Below, in pieces: positions 12,101 to 21,828 of a stretch of 62,000 bases of DNA. The DNA comes from Lama glama (taxonomy: Eukaryota): assembly GCA_028534125.1 (NCBI GenBank), contig CM052817.1, positions 186,001 through 248,000 on the forward strand, read 5' to 3'. The notes beneath the pieces were generated by a model, which had not been told where the DNA came from, did not search any database, and saw nothing but the letters and a program-made list of their open reading frames with translations. The position numbers and the translations under genes are program-made. Position 1 is the first letter of the stretch. Every line of letters begins with the position of its first letter.

Positions 12101-12650
12101 CAGTGCGTTTCTCTGCCTTGGCATTTAACAAACTAAGTTGGGATAAGCCGGTTAGAAACCTGTTCCAGCCCCAGAGCCTTCACCGTGACCCGTCCCTGCA
12201 GGGCCGACCGCTCTCCGCCAGCTCGTGAGTCACCTCGCCCAGAGCTCCCCCGGGGGACCAGAGCGCGAGCGTCCCCTGAAACGTGTGGTGTCGGTGGGAG
12301 TGTCCGTTCCAACAGCCTGGCTGGGCCCAAGGAGGCTGTTCTTCCCCTGACGACGTGCGTGTGGGGCGAGAGCTCGCCGCCAAGCCCGGGCGTCCGAGTG
12401 GCCACTTGGAGCTGGGGCGGGTTATGGAGGTGACACTACAGACACGCTTTTGACTGTTTATTTTGAAAGTTTACATTTTTTATGCTTTGTGTTGGTGTGT
12501 AATTTTTGTACTATTGGTGGCTAGTTTTTGTCTAAAATCTTTTTTGGAATATTGCTTAAATGTTTTGATTTTATGATAGTGAAGCTTGTATTCAGTGTTT
12601 TGCCAATTAATATTATATGCTTGTAATAAAAGCAAAAGAAAAAGTTACCT
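9119..12650 (+). other. PCGF3: PCGF3 3'UTR (about 3.5 kb)
   Basis: Follows the stop codon, lacks recognisable repeats, has AU-rich blocks (9400-9540, 11090-11600, 12440-12640) and ends at AATAAA 12625-12630. Confidence 0.8.
12625..12630 (+). terminator. PCGF3: PCGF3 distal polyadenylation signal AATAAA
   Basis: Preceded by a U-rich tract with TGTA motifs; weaker candidate AATAAA hexamers at 9968-9973 and 11996-12001. Confidence 0.8.
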
Positions 12651-12841
12651 AATTCTCCCAGGCTGGACCTTTGTTATGTAAGATACAGTGTAACAAACTA
12701 TAACAAAAAATTTCCCCCCTCCCAGTGCAGTGAGGACCGCATGCACGTGCACACGTGCACAGCACGCACACACACGTGCACACACATGCCGCTGTCAGGC
12801 CATCCCCTCCCCAGCCCCAGTCCTGCACCATCATGGACTGA

Positions 12842-13478
12842 CGTGACCTTGGATGCAGATCTTCTTCAGTCGGTCGTTGGGCACAGAGGCTGGACAGGAC
12901 TCCGAGAGCCCACGCGTCCTGCTGCCCAGAGAGAACACACGGTTCCTGCGCACAGTAAAGGAAAGTGCAGTGTTTATCACAGGCACCAAGCGCAGAGTGC
13001 AGGTAGCTCATGCTCCAGAGTCCCCAACTCCCCGAAGGCCTTCGGGGAAATTTAAAGTTAGGGTGAGGGAGGGGGGCTGTGAGGTGCGTGGTCAGCTCGT
13101 GGATGGTCTTCTGACTGGCGAGTGGTGGGTCATCAGGAGTCGATGTCTTCCACCTTCTGGGTCCAGCCAGTCTGAGGTCTCCGTGCTTGTGGGCAGCACA
13201 GTTAGTTTCTTCCACCTGTCTCCACCCGTCTCTGCAAAACAGCTCAGAGGACCTCGTGCAGGACGTTATCTACAGCCCTTGAGCAGGAACTAAAGGTCTT
13301 TGACTTTGTTTAATGGCTAAATGTCATTATTTTGTCTTGCTTGACTGTGTTCTTTTGTTTCTGCATTTTCTCACTTTTCTGATTAAATTTATCCTTTAAA
13401 CTCAGAAAAGGCCTGGAGGATAAAACTTTTTCTACCAGTAAGAATCAGGCTGGGGACATAGGGTCCTGCTCGGTTACA
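12842..13478 (-). mobile_element. Solo ERV1-class LTR (MER41-like by resemblance)
   Basis: Minus strand begins TGTAACCGAGCAGGACCCTATG; internal motifs (gctcatgctccagagtccccaactccccgaagg; cttctgactggcgagtggtg) resemble laurasiatherian ERV1 LTRs; left boundary uncertain. Confidence 0.65.
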
Positions 13479-14110
13479 GTATCACATACTCAGCGCCACG
13501 TCTCCCTGGGCTCCTCTTGGCTGTGACGTTTTCTCAGACACTCCTTGTTGTCTATGACCTTGACAGGTTCAGGACGTGCCGGCCAGCTGCGTTACGGACT
13601 GTCCCTCAAGTGGGGCCAGTCTGCCGCTTCCCTCACGGTTAGACGGGGGTGTGGACTTCAGGGAGCAGGGCTGCAGAGGTGGGGCGCCCTCCCTCATCAC
13701 AGCGCTACAGGGGCACACGCCATCAACACCAACGCCCTGTCACCGCCGACGTGCACCTTGGTCCACGGAGGGTGGTGGCAGTCGTCTGGTTTTTCCACTG
13801 CAGTGATCCTGTCAGCCCTTTCCCCAGAGAGGAAGTCATGATGTGCAGCGTACACTGAAGAGTGGGGAGCCTACTCCATCTCCTTGGGGGCAGAGCATCT
13901 ACGTCAAATAGACTCCTTCTGCAAGGGAGATCCACCTTTTCCCCATCTGTTTATTTTCCTCAGTCATTCATGGCAGTGTGGACTCACGGACATTTATTCT
14001 ATGCCTGGGTTCGATCCAGCATTACTTTGTTCCAAAAACTGGTCCAGATTTGGGAGCTCAGTCCTCTGACATGGGTTTGTTTTTGCTATTTAGCATTTCC
14101 TTACTTTCAG
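13479..14110 (-). mobile_element. Old L1 3'UTR fragment (L1MC/L1MD-like)
   Basis: ggctcctcttggctgtgacgttttctcagac...tgaccttgacag...gtccctcaagtgggg resembles L1MC 3' ends. Confidence 0.7.
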
Positions 14111-15329
14111 GCTCATCTTAATTCCTGCCCTGGTCATCAATGAATTCCTCCTGACTGGTGAATTTAGATTATTTATTTAACTTTATTTCTGCTCATTGTC
14201 TGAGGAATTAACTGTGGGAGAATCCGTATGGATTCCATCTGACCCTGGAAGTTCCAGCCAGGCCCTGCCCCTACTGTCTGGCCCCAGTCCTGGGCGGGTG
14301 AGGGAGGGGCCAGGAGGTGGATGGGGCATGTGGCCAGGGCCTGGTGGCTTGTGTGGGCAGACGCTGACTTATGGCCAACAGACCCTAGAGTCTAGGACTC
14401 CTTTGAGAGAAACGGGTTTTGGCCACCCGGATACAGAGCACAGGGCCCTCCTCGTGGGCCAGCTCTCTCTGCAGCTGCACGAGCAACAGCTCTGCTTAGC
14501 GATCAGTGGAACCCGCAGATTGAGGCAAATCAAAGGCCAGCGCTTGGGCCAGGCTTGAAGGCCAGTCAACAACACATTAATACGTACCTGAGAAGCCATC
14601 CTTGCACAGGGAACCTTGACGGAGACAGCTAGGGAGAAGGAATGGCAGGAATGGTGCCCAGGACGTCCCCCAACCCCCCAGGTCTCCTACTCCCAGAAGC
14701 TTCCCGAAGACAAGGGCTTTTGCTAGGCTCCCCCACCCCTCACCCCGGCACATCCCAGCCTTCAGGTCTTTCCCCTGCCAGGCCAGCCTGCTCTTTCCTG
14801 GCATAGTCCTTTGCCCTCTCCACAGCATAAACCTCAATGTGCTTCCTCCAGGGTGCAAGAAATAGTGTTTTATTTTGTAGAAATCAAACTAAATTTCACT
14901 CCCACGCTGCATCCTCTCGGGCTGAGAGAAATCACTCAGGGCGCCGTTGGGGCCTGGGGGCTGGTGCTTAGCTCTGGGTGGGGGTCCTGGAGCACCACCA
15001 GGCTCCACCTTCAAGGACAAGGGACGTGGACAGCACAGGACTCTGGGTGCCCAGGACTCTGGTACTTCCCTGAGCCTCAAGCTACAGTGTAAATACCCAC
15101 TAACGGCCAGCACTGGCCACTGGAGCCTGCTCTACCCTCTACACCCTCCGCAGCTGCAGCTACTGAGGTCCTGCCGGAACCCCTCCCACCCCCAGGCTCT
15201 GTCCCTAGACAGCCATGGACCTCTCAGCCCGCTTGGGCCCTCCCCCTGGGCCTCACACCCACAGCGCCACGATCTTGGAGGACTGGTGTGGGGGCTGGGC
15301 GGTTGGCGGGAGGGTTGACCCCACCCCAC

Positions 15330-15628
15330 AAGGTCGTCTGTGGGACGCAGGCGCCCTGCGCTCCGCCTCGACTGGCCCGGCGCAGGGAGGGCCCGGAGGA
15401 CACGGGGAGGGCGCGGGAGGGCCAGGACGGTGCGGGAGGACACGCCTTCCAGCTCAAGGACAGCCCTCCACCCGCCGCGCGCAGCCCCTCCTGCCTCGGC
15501 GTCGCGGGGCTCGAAGTAGCCGGGCTCCGGCCACGTGACCCTCTCGGGGCCAATCGCAGCTGTCCGACCCGGCACGCGCTAATTGGCTCAGGCCGGGCGG
15601 GGGCGGGGCCGCCTCGCCGGGGTCCCGC

Positions 15629-15663
<35 letters not shown>

Positions 15664-16280
15664 CTGGGTCCTGCCGTGGGGCGCCTCCATCCGCGGGGCC
15701 GCGCAGCTGTCGGCCGACACTGGCCAGGCATCGCCGCAGCCCGAGGGCACCCGGTCCGCCCCCAGCCCCGCCCCCAGGTCCTGCCCCAAGCGTGGCCCCT
15801 GGTTGGACCCCTCCACCCGCCCCTCGGCCCAAGCTCGAGCCCGGCTCCCGGGGAACCTCCTTCACCCGAGACTCTACCCTCTTTTCGGGCCCGGCGGGAG
15901 CCAGCCGAGACGCGAGTGGAGCGAATTCCAAATTGCGTGGGCAGGTGGCCCAGACCCAGGGTTCCCTGAGCTCCGCTGGCTGCGACTGTGGGCAGCAGGG
16001 CTGTCTCGCTGCGGGTGAGCAGAACTGACAAAATGTCCTTAATTGCCAGGTCTTTAAAACTGTGTCCTGACAGCCTTGGTGGTTAAGTGGCTCTTGACTC
16101 AAGCTGCTCACCGAGTGTGGGCGCCTGTGAGGAGAGGCCGCAAACCCAGGCAGAGCGCTGCCGGCGCTGGCTGCCCGCAGGGCCTGGGAAGGAGGGCGTC
16201 GGAGCCGGGAGACGCGGGACCTGCCCGCCTGCCCGGTGGAGGACGTCTCTGGAGGGCGCCAGCGTCAAACTGCGCTCTGC
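15330..16280. promoter_or_regulatory. Orphan CpG island with promoter core
   Basis: Very CpG-dense; E-box CACGTGAC 15532-15539, CCAAT 15550-15554, ATTGG 15582-15586, GC boxes 15595-15608; not at the 5' end of any coding gene here. Confidence 0.8.
15631..15663 (+). repeat. (GGC)11 trinucleotide repeat
   Basis: Uninterrupted GGC run counted directly. Confidence 0.97.
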
Positions 16281-17734
16281 TTTGTCAGAGCAGAGTTAAA
16301 TGTTCCGAAAGGAGAGAGACTCTGCTAAGTGACGGTGTGGCCTAAAGCAAGCATCCGGAGGCAAGGCTGTGTCACGCTCTCTGAAGTGCTCAGCCCCGGC
16401 TGCTGCCGCCCGCAGGGCCGGCTGTTCCTTTCCTGGAACGTTCTCCCACCCGAGGCCCACAGGGCTCCCCACTCCTTGCTTGGGGTCTTTCTGCACACGT
16501 CACCTCCTCAGAGGTCAAACAGCAACCCTCACCATACTCTCTGCTTCATTTCCTCCAAAGAAGAAATCACCGCTTGACTTACCATGTATTCATTTTCCTT
16601 CTGTCTCCCGCCAGTGAACCTCAGTTATCCCCAGTGCCTAGAACAGAACTCTGCATATCTCAGGGGCTCAGCAGACGTCAGGAGAGCAAGTGCCTTTCCC
16701 CGGCGTCTTCGGACCCATCACCTAAGAGGTCTGCGCCACTGGTCACCGAGGAGAGACTGGCTGGGGGTCCCAGGGTGGGCAATCCAGGTCCCTGTTGCTC
16801 AGGACTGAGATGAGTCCAGGCCAGGCTGTGGTGCTGGGGGAGGGAGTGGAGGGTGATGGTGGGTGCAATCTGGGGTGTCCTTCTACAGCCCAAAGCCAGA
16901 GTTGGTGACAAAGGCTTCTGTCCAAGTTCTGAGGCAGAGGCAAGAGGGTAATGAGTCCAGGGCAGTATTCTAGGCACAGCTTAGTGGGGTGGGAAGCGGT
17001 GGTGAGGGGAGGGGGACAAGAGTGGCCTTTCTGTTCGCTGAAACAGGACAGATATGCTGGAAGCTTCCTGTGCATTCCCAGCCACCAGTGTGAGGAAAAT
17101 CACAGTGACTCACCTCCCTGGAGAGAGGCCCCCAGAGATGGAGGTCAAACAAGGTCTTCCTGGGGACAAGTGGTCATGGGGTGGGCCTTGGGCAGAGGCC
17201 CAAAAGGAAGGTGGCAGTGTTGTTTGGGTGGGGGTTGGGGTGCCCTGGGCCAGGCCCCAGAGCCAGCAGGTCCCACAGGCGTCTCGACGGCCTCAGCCAG
17301 ATGGGCAGGTATCACCTGCAGGAAGTGGAACACAGGGGCCTCCCTGAGGGCACAGGGAGGAGAGGTGGCCATCCAGGACAGACTAGGGCCAGGACCCTCA
17401 GGGCTGAGCATCAATTCCCCGGTGGGCCCCAGGTGTGGCCAGTACAGTGGGACCTGGTGCAGCTGTGGGGCAGGAAAGACCCGTGATGGGGTCTGTGCAG
17501 GTGGGAGACTTGGAGGGGTGGGGGCTCTCAGGGAGGGGCCGATCTGTGTTTCAGATGGAGACTGGGACTGCAAGGCATGGGGGCAAGTGAGGGCCGTCCC
17601 ACAGGGCCCAGAGAGTGTGGATCCCTGTGGGCTCTGTCCCCCTCCCCAGGACTCCAGCTGCACCCTCCAGCACCCCATACTCCCATCGCCTGCCTCCCTG
17701 GGGGAGTCAGGACTTCTGAGAGAACGGCCACACG

Positions 17735-19424
17735 GCCTGAAATCACTGTGGTGTTTATTGGCTGTGATTCCATCCGGAGAGAACAAACACAGCGGCCCCC
17801 GACATGCAGGAGGAGGCGCAGGCGCCAGGACAGACGGACAGAGGACACCCATGGTCTACACCAAGCGTGGCTGCTGGGCACCCCACGCGCTGGGAACGGG
17901 ATGCGGAGTTTCTACGAGACAGCGCTTTGTCTGCTTAGAGCTGGCTTTTTAAAGTGTGAAAACAGGAATTTTAAAAAGACGTGGGACGGGGAGGAGGTGG
18001 GGCGCCTGGACGCGCGCCCGCGCCTACGACCAGAGGGGCGGCAGGAGTTAGTATTGCAGGCTAATCGTTATGGCTTCTCTAAGAGCTAGGGAGGGCCACG
18101 CCCCTGGCCCGCGACACGTGGACACAATGAACTTCTGATGTGGACAGAAAGGGCCCTGGGACCGGGACAGAGGCCAGGGGCTGTCTGTCTAGATAAAACT
18201 CCTCAAATACAGAAGACCTCATTTACCTGAGATTCAACATATTGTGATGCAAACTAAACAAGGGCAGAGGAAACAGGAGGGTTTGGGAGGCTGGCGTGGG
18301 GGTCCCCGTGGCTGTTACCGTCAAACTCTGATTGGGTGGTCCACCCCGGCCCCAGCTCAGGGGCCTGCACCAGCGCAGGGTCTCCGCACAGCACATGATC
18401 CCGGGGTCTCTGGGTCACCTCCTCAGTTGTGGTTGAAGGAGTGGATCTTTGGAGGGTGAGGGCAGGGCACCCCCCCCCCCCGCAAAGGCAGCTCCAGACG
18501 AGGCAGAAGGTGCCAACCAGGGAGGGGAGTGGGCTGGGCTCAGCTGGGCCCCCAGACTCAGGGGGAACTCGAGTTACAGGGTGTGTGAGGGACTCCGTGA
18601 GTGTGCCACAAGGGGAGAAGGGCCTGAGAATTTCCCCCTTAGCCTATTGCTTTGTGTCCCTAACTTGAGAAGAGGCAGGGCCATAGCATTCCTAAGAAGC
18701 AAAGCCTTCCAGAGGAGTGGCCAGAGAGGGAGAGGGAGGGCAGAGAGACAGACTGACGAAGAAGGTCGGGTGTGCATGGAGAGGTGGAGGGCAGGCAACC
18801 AGCCTTCAGGAAGATGCAGACACAGCAACCCAGGGTCAGTGCAGGAGGAGGGGTTGGGGTCCTGGCTGATCAGGAGGGGGGTGAGCCCCAGGTGCCAGCT
18901 GCTCGCCTCTCCCAGCCCCCACCCCAGCTGGCACGACTGCCCAGCCTCCCCCCACTATGGCTGTGCTCCTGAGTATGGGCCCCCACCCATGCCCACCGAC
19001 GCAGGGGTGGTGGAGGGGCTGGCCTCTTCGCTGGCCCCAGCCTCAGTGCTGCTAGGTGGGTGGTGAAAGGTGGGAGCCGGAAGGGGCTTCCCAGGCTCTG
19101 GGGGAGAGTCCACTCCACAGGCTGCCAGGGGAGCAGGTTGGCCAACCCAGGGCCTCCAGCACAGAATACAGCGGCCCTGGGCAGGGGCGGGGGGGGGGCA
19201 GGCGCCCCTTCCTCCGTGGCATTGGCGATGGCAGTGCGGGGAGGGGTTGGGGGTGAGAGGTGGGCGGAGGGTCCCACGGCCTGAGCAGGGGAATATGGGG
19301 AGAGACCTAGGACTATGGCTTGTATTGGCGCTGGGGGTGCACTCTGCTCCCGACACCCCCTCGGGGGCCTCTGCGGAGGGCAGGATGGGGGGTGAGGGGG
19401 CGGGTGCTGTCCAGCTCTGGGGCT
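17735..19424 (-). other. CPLX1: CPLX1 3'UTR (about 1.7 kb)
   Basis: Between the TAA stop and the minus-strand AATAAA at 17754-17759; cleavage site approximate. Confidence 0.8.
17754..17759 (-). terminator. CPLX1: CPLX1 polyadenylation signal AATAAA
   Basis: tttatt on the + strand, the canonical hexamer noticed downstream of the stop. Confidence 0.75.
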
Positions 19425-19622
19425 TTACTTCTTGAACATGTCCTGCAGCGGCCCAGGCAGGTACTTGATGACTGTGTCCAGGATGCTCTCGTCCTCCTCC
19501 TCGGGCTCGTCCCCGCAGCCTGGTGGGATGGCCTTCTTGGGCCGAGTCAGGCTGCCCTCCGAATTGGCCTCCATGGCTGCCTGGGCCTCGGCTTCACGCT
19601 CCTCCTTTTTCTTGATGCCGTA
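19425..19622 (-). CDS. CPLX1: Complexin-1 last coding exon
   Basis: Acceptor ccctgcag|[68 protein letters not shown] then TAA; 198 nt. Confidence 0.97.
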   Translation of the reverse strand, partial: YGIKKKEEREAEAQAAMEANSEGSLTRPKKAIPPGCGDEPEEEDESILDTVIKYLPGPLQDMFKK

Positions 19623-20309
19623 CTGCAGGGGACAGGGCAGGCAGGGATCAGGCAGGGGCTGGGGACCCCCGAGGGTCCAGGATCCTGCCTCCCAGCCCCG
19701 GGCTGGCCGGACCCAACGTGCGTTTGCAGAATGGGCTGAGAGGCCTCAAGAGGCAGCACCCATGGTTGAGAAAGGTGTCCACAGGGGCCAGTAGCCATCA
19801 AGACCCCCAGAAGGAGAAATGTGCACCCAGGAGGGTGCCAGAAGGGGTGGAGAGACCCTCACGGAGAAGGTGGGGACAATGGCAAAGGCCTGGACTGAAG
19901 GGCCACCCTAGGGGGAGGGGAACCGCAGGAGAGGGAGCAAGGGGGAGGGGAAAAGTCGCATTTCTCTTGGGGGGTGCTAAGGCTGAGACCCCGTGCTGCC
20001 CCTGGCTCCACCCTCCCGTGGTTCCCCCTCGTAGGGCAGCTGGCACCATCCTCAGCCTGGCTTAGGTGGTGGTCCGGGAGCCCCCGGAGAGGCCCGCAGG
20101 GGTTGAGAGAAGTCGTTGCTCTGGGCGGCCCAGATCCTCGGTCTGGTGACATGTGGCCATGCTCCATGTCCAGTGGTCACTTCTAGGTGGGTGTGGTGCA
20201 ACCCCTCCTCGGTGTGCCCTCAGCAACAGTCCTGGGCACAGCTCTGCCCCTCCCCCCAATTCTGGTTTCTGTGTGTGTCTCTGCCCCAGGCTTTCCCCAT
20301 CTCCCCTCA

Positions 20310-20680
20310 GCGGTGGATTAAATGGTGCTGTTCCCCAAAAGTTCTCGTCACCTGGAACCCAGAATGTGACCTTATTTGGAAATAGGGTCTTTGCAGGTGT
20401 GGTTAAGGTAAGAGTAGAGATGAGATCTTTCTGGGCCCTAAATCCAATGAGAGTTTCCTTGTAAGAGAAAGAAAAGGACACAGAGCAGAAAATGAGAGCA
20501 GAGAAAGGGCTTGGACATTGCCACGAGCCAAAGACCCCAGCGGCTAGAAAAGACAAGGAAGTCTTCTCCCTCCAGGTTTCCGGCGCCTGTGCTTGCCAAA
20601 GCTTGCACTCACGCTCACTGCTCCCGCTCAGCAGAACACGTGGTGCTGGCGCAACAGGGGAGTGACAGCAGGACACGCAT
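20310..20680 (+). mobile_element. MLT1-type MaLR solo LTR
   Basis: ggaacccagaatgtgaccttatttggaaatagggtctttgcaggtgt...gggccctaaatccaatg; 3' part decayed. Confidence 0.85.
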
Positions 20681-21814
20681 GTAAGGGCAGGACGTGTGGT
20701 GTATGATCACGCAGAGGGACCTCCCTGACCAGGGAAGCAACTCAGGGGGTTGGGGAGGGACTGTGTCCGAGTCCTTCCCTCTGGGGTCCAGGAAGGAGAC
20801 CCCCAGACCACAGGCCAGTCACTCCACTCAGGATCAAAGTCATTCTGAGGTTCAGGCCACGCGGGGCAGACCTGAGGGTCACCTTTCTCTGCCCGGGTGG
20901 GGCTCCTGACCTAGGGCCCTTCTCAGAGCCTGCTCCGATGTGGTGGGACCAGAGTGGTCCTTGACCACTGAGACGGCAGGGCTCCACTGCACAGCCCATG
21001 GCTGAGAGGAAGCCCAGGGCAGCCAGTGACCTATGGCAACACGGCACTAAGGACTGTGAGAATCAGTAGTGTGACCAAACGACGAACAATCGGCAGTCAC
21101 TCCCCCACCTGCTAGTGTCAGCACAAACCTCAGGCTGGGCCTTGAGTGACCTCAGGGGGATGTGGGGCCAGGTCGACTAGGACCCCCCAGCTCGGCGCTG
21201 GGTCTGGCTCCAAGCTGCGGAATGTGGGCGACTGAAAGCACCAAACCTGGCAGTGCAGTGCAAACCAGAAGGGGGCTATGCAAATTAGGAAGTGCGTATG
21301 CAAACCAGGCGGTGCGTATGCAGATGAAGCAGGTGGGCCAGTGTCCTCTCCCACCTGGACCCGCTCCGTGCATCGTGACAGTCTAGGGAGAGGAGGCTCT
21401 GCTCACCAGCCCCCGAGGTGAGAAATCTCAAATGCAGACTAGGTCACCTGGAGAGCCGGGCGCCCAGGGGACGGGTGACTCTAGCCCAGCCCTCCAGCCC
21501 TCTAGCCTCCATTTGATGGGTCTCCCACCATGATGGGGCCCCGTACCGCACAGCTGGGTGAGTGGACGCTGCACCTGGAGAGGGCTGGGAGAAGTGTGTC
21601 TGGGATCCCGGGGCCAGAGAGGGCCATTGGGGAAGTCACGCCTGACGGTCAGGGTTCCCACCTGTGTGGAGCTGGAAGGCAGTAGGGGGTTACCTATGCA
21701 TGCCAGGTGGAGGAGGGCCCTGCGGGGAACGGTGCGGACCTCGCGGGGGCAGGGCCTGGGGGCGCATCAGGGATGGGGGGCAGGGGATGCCCGGCACTGA
21801 GCTGCCCGCACCAG

Positions 21815-21828
21815 CCACCAGGGGGCGC
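21815..21828 (+). promoter_or_regulatory. CTCF core motif
   Basis: CCACCAGGGGGCGC, an exact match to the CTCF consensus core; binding not shown. Confidence 0.55.

Noticed and set aside
14369..14599. 76-aa Cys-rich minus-strand ORF near the orphan island
   Set aside because: No recognisable family; nothing beyond an ATG supports coding.
15224..16111. Long ORFs (295 aa minus, 246 aa plus) with poly-Arg/Gly/Ala/Pro tracts
   Set aside because: Expected from a stop-poor CpG island and the GGC repeat; no ATG-based gene structure or recognisable domain.
16951..17952. 333-aa plus-strand ORF, the longest in the track
   Set aside because: G/W/C-rich with no recognisable homology and overlaps the CPLX1 3' end; likely a chance ORF in GC-rich DNA, though PhyloCSF would be the decisive test.
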